This document shows, in pieces, positions 24,880 through 37,184 of a stretch of DNA of 64,000 nt. The stretch is from positions 744,001 to 808,000 of the forward strand of contig OZ287756.1 of assembly GCA_965649765.1 (NCBI GenBank). Reading direction: 5' to 3'. Origin of the DNA: Bispira polyomma (lineage: Eukaryota). The translations under genes were made by a program, and so were the position numbers. Within the stretch, counting starts at the first letter, position 1; each line of letters opens with the position of its first letter. The notes beneath the pieces were generated by a model. It was not told the origin of the DNA and did not search any database. It saw only the letters and a program-made list of their open reading frames with translations.

Positions 24880-27800
24880 CGCCTTAGTTATCTGGTTATT
24901 TGCTCACTCCCACCACTCTACATACAGCAGTTTTTTTTTACTAGTGCCCTACTCTCCATCAGTAATGATATTCAGCTTTGCATAGGTCGTAATGAAATTG
25001 TAACCCTCACCTTCTAGATCTACTATTCACCACCCTAATACACTAGTTTGGACTAAATAGCATCGCATTATAAAGGCACATAAAACATCCAAAATGCAAT
25101 ACAATTTGTCGGTGATCTGTCTGGGACCATATTTTCCCTTTGATTTGTAGGTTTTATAAAGTACTCTTGTCCTGATGTTTCCCTGACAACAGATGGCCTC
25201 CTAGTAGACACCCCATACCAGACAGGTTCATACACTGACTCCTTCCTCCCCTTGTCATGTCCTTCCTCTTCCCACACACAATGCTGTCACTAATCAGCCC
25301 AATCATAGCCAACCTTGTCTCATACAAAAAATAAGGTATATCAAGGAGTTATGTATATGTACTTATACTACTAGCTCAAACCCTAAATGAAACCAGTGTA
25401 AGATAGGCGTCTCCATTTGTCACCACTGTAAGGTCACAGGTCGAAAGCAAATTACCCCTTGAGATTGTAGCGACTTGTTCTGACAAGTCCTTAGCATGCA
25501 GCTGTACGTAAAAATTCCCTATTTATTTTCAAAGCCATTTACATGAACAAAATTATTTATGTCTATTACAGCAATTAATTAGTTTTACAGTGTCCAATGC
25601 TGAATAAGTTTTAGTTACAAGTACTAAATGAGTTTCAGTAACTCTACAAAATACTAAGATAGTGTTTATTAACTATACCACACATTTGGGTAATCGCAGT
25701 AGGTTACCATACATTAAGTTAGCTTTAGTAACCAAACATTAAGTTAATTTTAGTATTTCAACCACAAATGATGTTTTAGTAGTACCCATTTGCTAATCCC
25801 TAGGGATTTCCCAATTTCAGTGACCTTGTATATGACATCACCCACCAAAGACCTATTACAGCAATGGATCAGGCAATAACTGCTATTGTGTTTACTGACA
25901 GAAGATCCCTCCCAAGATAGGAGTTCTTCTAAAATATTGTCTATTTGATCTAAACTTTGCATGCAAACTGAGACCTTCTGGGGAATTAGTCTCTGGTCAA
26001 CATATCTACACAGTTACATCTAATAAGGCCTTCCTTTAAAGTGAAACACAGGCAGTATTGTGTGAGATGGAATATCAAAGATAAATTTGTATAATGTAAC
26101 AATTACATACACTCACATGTACACTTTCAAACAGTTTTTATTCCATTTACACAATAGTTTATATCGATGTAGCTCTAATATAAAACACATTATATTCATT
26201 CATACAGAATACTCTAAAACATAGGTTTAAAATCTATATTTTTATTTCGCTCACGTCATAAGTGTACCTAAACAGATTAGGTTTAAGCTACAATTTCTGA
26301 CTGAAAAAATTCCTTTATCAAACGTATTCATTATAATACCTCACAAATACAAAATGTATTTAACGTTTAATGCCTTTGAAGAAAAATTCAATCCTCAAAA
26401 TTCAGACAATACTTAGTATCCATATTGGTCCTACGGCTCCCTCCCTTTTGAAAATAGTTATAAAATGTCATAATATGTCTTCATGCTGATAGTTGTACAA
26501 AGTTAGTCTATGAGTTAAAAAAGAAAGAAGATAAATGAACCTGTTTTATTGTAAAAACAAATACTCACTATGATACCAGGCTAATTGACAGTTTTCAGAA
26601 ATGTGTGACACGAGAGGCTGTTAGACATCTAAAGAGAAACCCACATTTGAACAGTATCAGCATAAGTAACTGGCTGTTCAAAGGATGGAAAATAAACTCT
26701 TGCAAAAAACACATCGCTAGGATCACCAATTAGTTTAAGGTCTGTTTTATTATATTAAGGTTAATAACATAAGATATGTAAACTTTAACAGTAGCTGCAA
26801 AGGAGTTGAATATCTGCAACACAGTACAAAATAGACAAAATGACTTTTAAAACGATTTTATGATTCTATATATGTTTACTTATGATTAATTCATACTATG
26901 TTGTGTTGTGTCCTGTTAATCACATTAATGTGTACATAATGCAAAGGAGATCCCACCCATATTGTATGTTTTTGTTTGAGAGGCAAGGCCTCCCTCTGGG
27001 ACGCCACAATACAGACATTACTGGCATTTAGAAAAAAGCATTGTAAATAAATGAAGATTAACTCAGCACGGAATGAGTTGTAGTTTGGGCCATATATCCT
27101 TTTCTTCTAGCGATTACTTTTAGCTTGATAAATGGGTATGAAACCTGAAACGGAGGTGCTATTCAATTAATTCCATCTTTCAGTCCACTCATTGGACACT
27201 ATTTCTAAATTGATACAATCTGAGTTATATATGCTGTTTATGTTGGCAATTATTGGAATGTTTACAAGAACAAATCGTGTTATTGATGACATACATACAT
27301 ACACCCATACCCAGAAAGGAGTAAAATGCTCTACATGATACCGTTCTTGATTCTATTTAAAACAAACGGTGATAGTTACAATTAGCTAATCACATTTTGT
27401 ATTAAAAAAGTTTTAGATATTTAAAAAAAACTAACAGTTAAAATGTACGTAGTTTGGTAGTCTGCTTGGTTGACAACTGTACAAAATCAACAAGTTTTAT
27501 CCATTCTATGAAAAAAATATGTTTTTTTATTTATCTAGTGCAGCAAAAGTGCATCAGTTTTAGCTGAAAATAATCAAACAAAATGTTATCTTTGATATGT
27601 CTCAGTTAAGAAGGTCTCAGTTAAGAAAAAAATTCAAAATGTGAGATGATGTTTAAATTCATAACTTAACTACATTATTACTTGGATTTATGATGTCAAG
27701 TACAATAGAGTGCAATATTCGTGAAATATGCCACAAAGATGATTTCATATCTAAAGTAGATATTGAGCCTTTTACCAATAAATGTGAAACAATTTTCAAT

Positions 27801-28420
27801 CTATCCAAATGTTATGCAATGTTGATAGCTTCATAGTGCCAATATAATGTGAAAGCATTATTACGGGTGATACAAATCTTCAGAAAAAGAAATACTCTGT
27901 TTAAATTTAATATCTCTATGGTGACAGGTGTACATTTAGTTTTTTCTTTTAATTGTAATGTAATTTTCAACTACTGGAAATTATATGAAAGTGGGCAGTT
28001 TATTGAAGTCTATTAAACTTCAAATGGAGACAGCGTCAAACAAGGAAAACAAATTAAGGCACCTACATGTCACTGTAAACCACTTACCTTGCTATGTGTG
28101 CAATGTGTCCCCAATTAGCTACAGACATTGTTTGTGTATGAAACATCTCCCCCTCATGACTTTTTGTTATTTTCAGCCCCATAACCCAATGGGTCCTGAA
28201 AGTGTGAATCCATAAACTGCTTTCTGGTGAACATTGGTTTGGAAAAAGGTCATTCTATTTTGTAATAAAACAAGGATATTCGAGGATGTTTGTAAGACAT
28301 CGAATCAGAGGAAATTGTTAGTACCATTGGGGTTGTTATTGGAGAGATATAGTCTGGGGTAAAGACAAGATTCATAAGTAGGAGGTTTTTGGTAAAATAT
28401 TTAATTCAACAATAATCAGG
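24880..28420 (-). pseudogene. Copy 2 of the unidentified multi-exon gene family (decayed)
   Basis: Blocks F (28088-28420, donor gcaag|gtaagt), E (~27665-27897), D (~26570-27200, donor |gtgagt), C (25800-26190: LCRYVDQRLIPQKVSVCMQSLDQIDNILEELLSWEGSSVSKHNSSYCLIHCCNRSLVGDVIYKV) and B (25068-25501: DKVGYDWAD**QHCVWEEEG). Confidence 0.72.
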
Positions 28421-28594
28421 CGAGTAAGAAACTAATACAAATATCTTTAACCAAGTCATCTTTTCCAATGCCGAGGTCCTGTTTATATAGACAAATATAT
28501 TGTATTGTATTGCAGACAAAAATATAACTATTGACGAAAAGAAAAGGCAAGAAACAAAAAAAAAAATAATATAATATAAACGATGATCTATTAG

Positions 28595-28860
28595 ACATGC
28601 TAAATCACTGGTTTGGACTAAATGCCAATGTCCTTGAATGGATTAGAACCGATCTGGCTCTCAAAACCCCCCGAAATCAAACTGGATGAGCACTTTTTAT
28701 CATATTTTAACTGCCCTCTAACTGGTTTCTCACCTGTCTTCTATTAAACCTACCAAGAGGCTGGATTTATTTATTTCTCTATTCATATTTATATGTTATG
28801 GAATAGTCTGCCTGTTGAGCTTAGATTGCTTAGGAAGAAATCTAAAACCTAATTTTTCAA
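28595..28860 (+). mobile_element. Internally deleted L2 fragment
   Basis: MLNHWFGLNANVLEWIR...IKLDEH matches the L2 at 14030-14120. 28810-28860 matches its 3' part at ~15000-15050. Confidence 0.6.
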
Positions 28861-28959
28861 ACCCGGGTACCCCCTTAGTTGCCTCCTTGAACACGCCCTA
28901 CATTTTTTTTAATATTTTTTTGGCAATGGTTTTTTACTTCCCCAGTGGTAATTCATTCT

Positions 28960-29660
28960 GTTATTGTGCTTTAGATGATGCATAACATTAATAAGGCACA
29001 TTACAAATCCAAAATACAATACAATACAATTTGTTTGTGATTGAACCAAAATATGACCATATTTGTATTCTGTGGGTTTTCTAAATAGCCTTTGTCCTGA
29101 TGTTTCCCTGACAAAATATGACGCCTTCCTCCCATCGTCATGTTCTTCCTCTTCCCACACACAATGCTGTCACTAATCAGCCCAATCATAGCCAACCTTG
29201 TCTCATACAATAAATAAGGTATATCAAGGAGTTATGTATATGTACTTATAGCTACGTTAAGTTACTTTTAGTAAGTCAACATTGGTCAACATATCTACAC
29301 AGTTACATATAATAAGGCCTTCCTTTAAAGTGAAACACAGGCAGTTTTGTGTGAGATGGAATATTAAAGATAAATTTTTTAATGTAACAAGTTAATAATG
29401 TTATGTATTTAATGCAAGTATAGATTTTTAAACATTTATGTAATAGTATATTTTTGATGTTAGACTGTGTATTGATGCATTTATTGTTGTAAGCTTATCA
29501 CTATGAGATTGTTTTTGTTTAATTGTAGATACAGTATAACACTGTATCTACAATGGTTACTATAACTTGCAAATGTCTCGTTTGTGCTATATAAAATATT
29601 AAAAAAAACAGTCACACAACAGTTTACATAGATGTAGCTCTAATATAAACACATCCTTTT
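28960..29660 (-). pseudogene. Copy 3 (collapsed, deleted derivative of copy 2)
   Basis: 29130-29250 is almost identical to 25250-25367, and 29284-29390 is almost identical to 25994-26100, with intervening DNA deleted. Confidence 0.75.
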
Positions 29661-29802
29661 TAATCAGTAAGTTTTTCCTTTCTTGTTATGTAAATGTCCT
29701 GTTTTTATTTATTTTATAAAAAAACAACAACTCGAAATCGTTGCAAGTGTTTCCCTATTTGCGAGACACATTGGGTGCATTGATTTTTCTTGTCATTAGC
29801 AT

Positions 29803-30082
29803 GAGTATTGAATGTTGAACTTTATCCCACTTATAGGTGGTTAAGTGCTGAGATGGAGCTGTGTCACTTGCACTGATGGTTATATACCCAAGTGAATAAT
29901 ATAAAAATTTGTTTGAACTTGGTGCAGGTGACAGGAGTAATCTGACTGCCTTATATATTAATATTGGTTAATATATTTCGAACTCCTATGGGTATTCTCA
30001 TCAGAGACTGCATTAGAATCACATTATTTTGCCTTAAGGTGGCAAAAAAGGTGATTCTAATACAGTTCAACATTCAATACTC
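29803..30082. mobile_element. MITE-like element with 18-bp inverted repeats and an internal 60-nt hairpin
   Basis: gagtattgaatgttgaac (29803-29820) is the perfect reverse complement of 30065-30082. Hairpin at 30007-30066. Confidence 0.5.
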
Positions 30083-30559
30083 CAGAGCCAGGTACACGTA
30101 TACCTGACAACAGATTGAGTCATCATACTCTGAGCCTACTGGAAGAAGCTGCAAAAAAACTTGTGGCTCCCCCAAACCCATCAAAAGTCCACCCCAGTTT
30201 TCAGGCACTTTAGTCAGAGACAACACTCTGCCATAAATATGGAGTTCAGTATTGTTTATTGGTTAGGCTTGGATAATGAGGCAAATAGTACAGAGAGACG
30301 CAGATGTCAAGAACTGTACTATATTTGGTCCTTTCCTACCCTCTACCCCAACTGGGATTAATGTATTTGTGTGATGAGGCCCTCTTACTTGGCACCCTTA
30401 CACTAGTGCCCCTGTACCCTTTATGATGACATAATATGTCAAAACTTTAACAGTGTTTGACAGTGATACCACTCTTTGTGATGATATTAGACAGGATACC
30501 CCACTGCTGTATCTACTCCCAAATTACTATACAGTACCCCTTAGCTTGCTTGCCAAATT

Positions 30560-32060
30560 CTCGTTATCTCTGCTGACAAAAGAGCACAATCCAGCAACCC
30601 CAGTTTTTGAAGACAGAAAAATGTTTAGGGACAAAAACATTTCCATTAAGGAGCTACTGTAAAATACATATGAAAAAAGTAAAGCAACCATAACACCTGA
30701 AAAAGGTAAAAGCAATAAACAGAGCAAGGTTAGTACTACTCCTAGTAATAACAGAGACACTGGTTGACCACATCCAGTGAGACAATGACGGATTTATACT
30801 GGTTACAACTATGGAACTATACTGGACTAAAGAGGAAGAATATGTTTCATGTTATGAATTTTGGTGAATTTTAACTTAATGATTGTTCAAGTTTATGAAT
30901 ATAGACTGAAATTGGACTAGAGAACAAGAAACCGCCTTTATGCTAAGAATACTTGTTTTATTAAAACATTTAAATATCATATGTTTTAGCATATACCATG
31001 AATGCATTTTAGGATCATTATCAGTGTCGACTATCACACTAATTCAAGATTACTATCTATTTTCTGCATTGTTGGTAACTAATTTAATCAAAATTAAATA
31101 TATGTTATACATATGTGTCGAAATTACTCATTAATAAATGCTAATTTATTGACAGTAATGTCTATATTAATATACTATAATGACAAAAGTTAATAAGTTT
31201 TCCTTTAAAATAAATGTTGCCACTTTAAATGTTCGTGGCCTAAGGAATAGAAGTAAAAGATTGAAATTGTTTCAATGGTGTGAGGATAAAGAAATAGATA
31301 TATTGCTTCTCCAGGAAACATTTTGCAACAGTGATATAACACAAGCAGTCTTAGGCAATTGGGATAGAAAGTCTTTTTATGTACCCACTGATTCAAATCA
31401 CAGTAGAATGGTTCTTATAGCTAAACATTTTCAGTTTGACCAATAAATGAATATAAAAGCCCTGATGGTAGGCTGATACTTATAAATATAATGCATCAAA
31501 ATGAGAAATTGACATTAGCATTAGCATTGACATTTTTTAACAATATTAAGTCCATTGTTAAACAAAGAGCTATTGATTATGATAACATAATTCTAAGTGG
31601 AGACCTAAACAGTATTACTGATCCCATCGCTCTTCTGGTGTATTTTATTTTTTTTTATTTGGATATTAAACGTCTACTCTAGTACCTGTTTAGGTTATAT
31701 TGGGACGAGTAGTTGGAAATGCTGGAGGAAGCACTGCATACAGCTCTTCTGGTGTAACTGATATTGGCAAACAACACTTTATTAATATGAAAGAATACCT
31801 TGGTCCGACAGACTCCTTGAGATTCTATAACAGTGACAAAATTGACTTTACATATTTGAATAGAAATAATCAAAAAAGTAGCAGTAGAATACATTATATT
31901 CTTCTTTCAAAGTTCTTAAACTCCTAAAACTCTGTTAAAACTATGTTGCATGTTACAGCCCCAGTTCCGGATCACAAGGGAGTATATGTGAAAATAGATT
32001 CTTGTAACAAACAATGTGCTCATGGATACTGGAAGCTGAATATGACTGTCCTAGATATAA
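30560..32060 (+). mobile_element. Tx1/L1-clade LINE, 5' part (ORF1 tail + APE domain), decayed
   Basis: ATLNVRGLRN...LLLQETF, DGRLI, LSGDLNS, SRIHYILLS, PDHKGV and GYWKLN. The element continues after the inserted YR element at ~37715. Confidence 0.82.
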
Positions 32061-32629
32061 GACAAGAGCTAAAAGAACCCAATTGGGAAATATTAATCTT
32101 TTAATTCTATGTTAATATTTTCTACATATATGTACATACCGGGTAGGCCCACTTTAAGGAGTTTAAGTGTGGGCCACTTAAGGTGACCTTAACATAAATT
32201 TTGATGAATTTTAAAATTAGGTTTGGTGTCACTTTATGGTGACCTTAAACCAAGATAAACTTAATTTAAGTTGAGATTGTGGTTAATTAAGTTGCCCTTA
32301 AATTGATGTAACCACAAGGTTTGGTCATTTAGGTTGATCTTAACTTCAAGTTAACCCAGATTGAGTTAAATTTTGGGGATCACGTATGGTGATCTTAACT
32401 GAAGGAAAGTGTAAGAAAGTTAAAAGTTTTTAAGTTAAGTAAACTTGAAGTAATATGAAACGTATATTTAAGTATACAATATTTACGTAAAATGGTAAAA
32501 TAAATGTGATATATAAATGTAAGGTGGCCCTAAATATAGACATGTTAAAGTTTTAGTATGCAATATGTGAAAGTTTGTTACAGGAGTTGGAAAAAAAGGA
32601 GCCCCAAACCCCAACTAGTGAGTAGAAAA

Positions 32630-33616
32630 CTACGAAAGGGCTGATTTGAGGGCCAGCGCTACCTGGTCAGTGGTGTTGTGATCCGGATTAATGTACCTCC
32701 ACACACAGTCCAACGTCCAGGTGCCATGAGCCTGGATGTCCTAAATGGGCACATTATGATTGAATGCATAAGTGGCACCTAAACGCCGGAAGGAGTGAAA
32801 GGTTATGTTTGAGGTTTGACAATGTAGACGAGTAAGAATGGTGTGCAGATTGGTTCTAACTCTTGAGTCTGTAAGTGGGATCCATTTTAGATTTAACTTA
32901 AACTGAAACAATGGTGAATTATTGGTACCAGGAGTGATGGCAAGCAAGTTTTTCACAGCCCTTACGGGACACAGGGGAGATGGGCCAAGGTGAGGTAACT
33001 TAATAATTCTGATTGTGTCTTTGGATTGAAGAATTTTAGTCCATTTAATGATAATGTGCATGCCAGGAGGTGAAAACAAGATGTCACCCCTGGCAAGCTG
33101 TTGAAGGGGGCAATAGGAAGCCACACTATGTGGAACAAGGTTGGAAATTCTAAGAAAAGAATAAAATGCCACCAAATATAGGGCCTTGAATACCTGGCCC
33201 ATATACATTGAGTCACATGTGAAGATTATGTCTGTGAGCAGTGGAATATGAATGATATTTTTCAGCTTTGCCCTAAATGGTTTATTGAGCAATATTGCTT
33301 TTTGGTAATATTTAATACGCTGGTCAGCGAAGCAAGAGGTGTCCACTCCGAATAATGCCATTTTTGCTTTTATTGCTGAAAGATAGTTGGTAATAGATGA
33401 GTTTGAGACATTACTTGTAACAAGCACTTCCAAAAATGCCAGTATGAATAAGGGAGTAATATTTTGTAGTCTAACCTTTGTGAAGCAGGTGAAAGCAAGG
33501 AAAAGTCTAAACATATGTGTGTAAGCCATTTGTGTGGAGGGTCTAAAAGCTTGGTGGGCCCTGGAGGCAGCCTTGGCTGCCACGGATACTAGTTGTGGAG
33601 GGAGACCTACAATCAA
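32630..33616 (-). CDS. Tyrosine recombinase (YR) of element 2 (one in-frame TAG at 32741-32743)
   Basis: FLRISNL (catalytic R), IKWTK and FHSFRRLGAT (HxxR). After the stop it reads DIQAHGTWTLDCVWRYI (H/W and catalytic Y). Confidence 0.92.
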
Positions 33617-33639
33617 ATAGACCAGTCTATGTTTAATGT

Positions 33640-36204
33640 ATTATCTTTCACCTCTACCAATTCTGGTTCTGCATAGCTAGCCTACTCTGGCTGTCTGAAT
33701 ACAAATGCCACCTGGATAATAGGTCAGCCACGACGTTACTTTTCCTAAGATATGAATTGTGCTAAAGCTAATGTCAGCCATTGCTGTTTCCATATGGATA
33801 TTTCTGGCTATGGCAGCCAAGGTACGGTCTTGAGTTCTACCTGAGTTAAGTATTGTAACCACAGCCTCATTATCACAATGTACTAATAACCGTTTGCCTC
33901 TCCATTGGTCTTTCCATAGCCTAACTGCGACTAGTATATTGAGCATTTCAAGGTGAGTTATGTGGTAACTATTATAACCTCTGGGAATTTGCTTTTTGTA
34001 TACCTGGCCTTTACAGCGACCCCTAGGCCCTCAAGACAGGCATCTAGCTCTATGCAATCAGTGATTGGGCGATGGTCAAAGAAAGCTTTGCCATTAAAGG
34101 TGGGTAAAAATGTACAGAACCAGTTGAGATCCTGACAGAATTCTACTTCTAGGTTTATTACATGTGCACTATAAGCTGATCTCAGTACCTCTAACATTCT
34201 GTTGAGAAATAACCTTGAAACTTTCACACATTTTGAGATGTATAGTAATTTGCCTAGTAATGACTGTAGGTCACGCTTTTTACATGTATGTTTGCCTTGC
34301 CAGGATTGACATAATCCCATGATTTCTTGTAGTTTTTCCTGAGGAACTGAGACTGTGAAGTCTTCGGTGTTTATAAGCACCCCTAAGTAGACTACCTGTG
34401 TATTTGGACGCACAATTTTCTTTTCACTTATGTCAAAACCTAGGTCATGGAGTACATGATGTAACAAGTCGAAAGAGTACTGTATTTTAGAGGGAACGCC
34501 ATAGCTTATAGTGTCGTCTATGTAGTTAGTGACGTCACAGTCATGACGTTGCATGATAAAGCGTACAGCGTCACTTAGACACTGGAATATGGCACATCCG
34601 TGACGAAATCCGAATGGGAGATAAGTATCAACAAAGTACTGTTCATGTTTGAGACCCATAAGGTTGTAGTCCACAGGGTCCATTTTGACGTGACGAAAGG
34701 CCCTACTAATATCTGTCTTATATAGAAGTGAACCACGTTCCAATTGACGCACTTTTTGAGTAATGGTATCAATTCTAGGTAGTGTTAACACAAAAGGAGT
34801 ATTCAAATACTCATCTTTGGCTACCCCTGAATTGACCGAACTACCCTGTGAGAAACTGAGGTCTATTATGACCCTCCTGTGGACTGCCCCAGGCTTTTCT
34901 CGGGTCATAAACGGTCCCTACATGGTGGTGCTGAGTATGGACCCAACATGGCCCCAAATTTAACTTCTTCATCTAGATAAGCCTTGATATCATCTGGGAA
35001 ATCAGTTGCTGACTTATGATTTTCCTCTTTATGTGATAGTTGTTTATTGTTGTCGAAGTCAAATGGGAACCCATATCTGATAAGGTAAGGCAACTGCTTA
35101 TCCCAGTAACCCTGGAGGTAGAAATCTCACCTGTCAGCATTAAGCTGAGATTTTACTTGAATTTGTTCCCCCCTGAAGTTTGGAAGATTTGAGTTTTTGA
35201 TCTGTTCATGTATGTCAAACAAGGGAGCTGTTGATTTATTTCTTGTATCAAATACAGGAATTGTGAGGTCTCCCATAGGAATAAAGCCAAACTTGTCTTG
35301 TGTTTGGGTATCCCAATTTTGAAAACATTTGTTGGTACGAGCTAACTTCATGAGTTCTTTACTCTTAGGTCTGGCATGCAGTTGTAAGTCATACTTGTCT
35401 GAGTTTTGAATTACACTACTTAAGCCCGGGTTTGTGTTACTACCCTGCCGACAGTGGTTGTTTGCCCTAGTGTGAGTCACACTTAAGGTTTTCTTTTTTG
35501 AACCTGTCGCATTAGTGTGAACCGCACTTAAGGTTTCATTGTGTTCAGTGTCACCAAGTGTGTCCCCATCCTCCTCATTTACCAACGACAATGGAAGAAA
35601 TCTGTTATGAAAAGTCCCCACATTGTTTCTCCCAATTTTGGGTTTCACACTTTGCCATTGTTTTCTGAGGGAGGTGCGACTTTGTTTCACAATAGGACTA
35701 ACCATTGTGTTGGGGGATTTTTTGACACCTTGTACTTATGCGTCGGTGTGTTGCGCTGAAAAAACATTATTGGTTTCTTTCCTAGACCCATATACTTGTG
35801 GCCTAGGTACATTGTAAATACAACTTTTATAAACATTTAAACAAGAACCACTGGACTGTTGCTTTTTGACATTTGAACATGTTAAGTGACAATTGGAAGT
35901 ATTGAACACTCTTTGTTGTTTTTTTTCCTTCCAAAGTACCTGTGATTTTGCTGAAACCATTTGAAAGTATTTGGGCATATGTTTTGCCTTGAAACCTTGC
36001 CCAGTCTGCTTTCCAATTGTCACTGACATTATGTACACATACACTATTTTGAATCACTCTGGTTCTAGTATAAGCATTATTATGTACACTTTCTTTACTT
36101 CTATGATTTAGTCCATTTTCATTGCTTGTTTTTAAACTTTTCACAGTAATTTCAGAACATTTACTATTGGGCACTGCACTACTGCAGTGCCCTACTCGTT
36201 TTTT
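33640..36204 (-). CDS. pol (low-complexity N-terminus + reverse transcriptase + RNase H) of element 2, frameshifted
   Basis: RT motifs RVIIDLS..SVN, DISRAFRH, LPFG, NYIDD and YLGVLI. RNase H motifs ELDAC, EMLNILVA, HCDNEAVV and HILG. Confidence 0.9.
36169..36204 (-). promoter_or_regulatory. Candidate -1 programmed ribosomal frameshift signal (A AAA AAC + 10-bp stem-loop) at the gag/pol junction
   Basis: Element strand reads gcA AAA AAC gag ta GGGCACTGCA gtag TGCAGTGCCC. The -1 frame is open into ORF 36174-35827. Confidence 0.72.
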
Positions 36205-37184
36205 GCACTGCTGTTTCTACGGCAGTCTTTAGCCGAGTGTGGGAAAGAACGGCCTGTGGCATGACAGTTTGCACATACATGCGCATACAATTGTCCCTTG
36301 GTCTCGTGGTCCCCTTTCTGGGGACACAAACCCTTCTGGAAGAATTTACACGGGATGGATTTCTCACTATTTCTCTTGGGTACCCCAGAGCCCGAAGTTT
36401 GACCCGCAAAACCTTTTGGGCATGAGCCCTTCTCAGCCTATCGATTTTTGAGGTATCTTGCCAAGATAATTTCCCCTCTTCCATCTTACATGTTAACACC
36501 GCATAGCTACCTTTTGCCGCTACCCAAGTGAAATAGTGAGTCTTTCATTAGGTCAGACATATACTCAAGCATTTGGTTTTTTGTTTCAATGTTTGTTTCT
36601 TCTCTAATTATGGAACTAAACCCAGCCACCCACTGGGCCATTGACAACACATCGTAGGACATTGTGGACTTATTGCTACCACCTAGAATAAAGTTTTGGG
36701 GCCAGGGTACCTGACGCTTCACCCATATTGTTTCCTGACCGCCTCTTTGTGACCGGAATGTACCTTATTCATTGACTTGTTGTAGTTCTCGCAGTCTCTT
36801 GTCCACGGCCGCCTGTAGGTCTGTAGATTGCCTCAGGGTCTGCAAGGACGGCACCACAGTCTCGCTCATCTGGGGTGCACTGGATGCTGCCAGTGCTGTC
36901 GCTGCCTGTGATGCCTGGACGCTGACAGGAATCACACTAGTGTGTGTCCAACTCGGCTCCGTAACACTATTCTGTTCATATTTGTCCATGCGTGAACTCA
37001 AGTCACTTAGTTGTTTTAGAATCAACAGATTTACCTCATTTGACGAGATATTCCCTGAGTTTGTATCACTGTTCACTACAGAAACACTGTCCGTTTCTCT
37101 TAATACCACTTTACATTTCTCGTTTATAGGCTTTTGATGGTGTCCACCACATGCCTCACAATAATATGTTATTCTCAGTGCCAT
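36192..37184 (-). CDS. gag-like ORF1 of element 2 (frameshifted)
   Basis: N-terminal CxxCxxxHxxP...C. Central WPQNFIL...SYDVLSMAQWVAGF...LEYM. C-terminal zinc fingers CKFFQKGLC...H...HVCANC...H...C, ending AKNE*. Confidence 0.82.

Noticed and set aside
25800-26050. Assigning the pseudogene family to PI-PLC-X, TatD or GREB1 from short motifs (RYVDQR, DSHF, HLDRL)
   Set aside because: Only 4-6 residue resemblances, with wrong spacing or order. Not supportable without a profile search.
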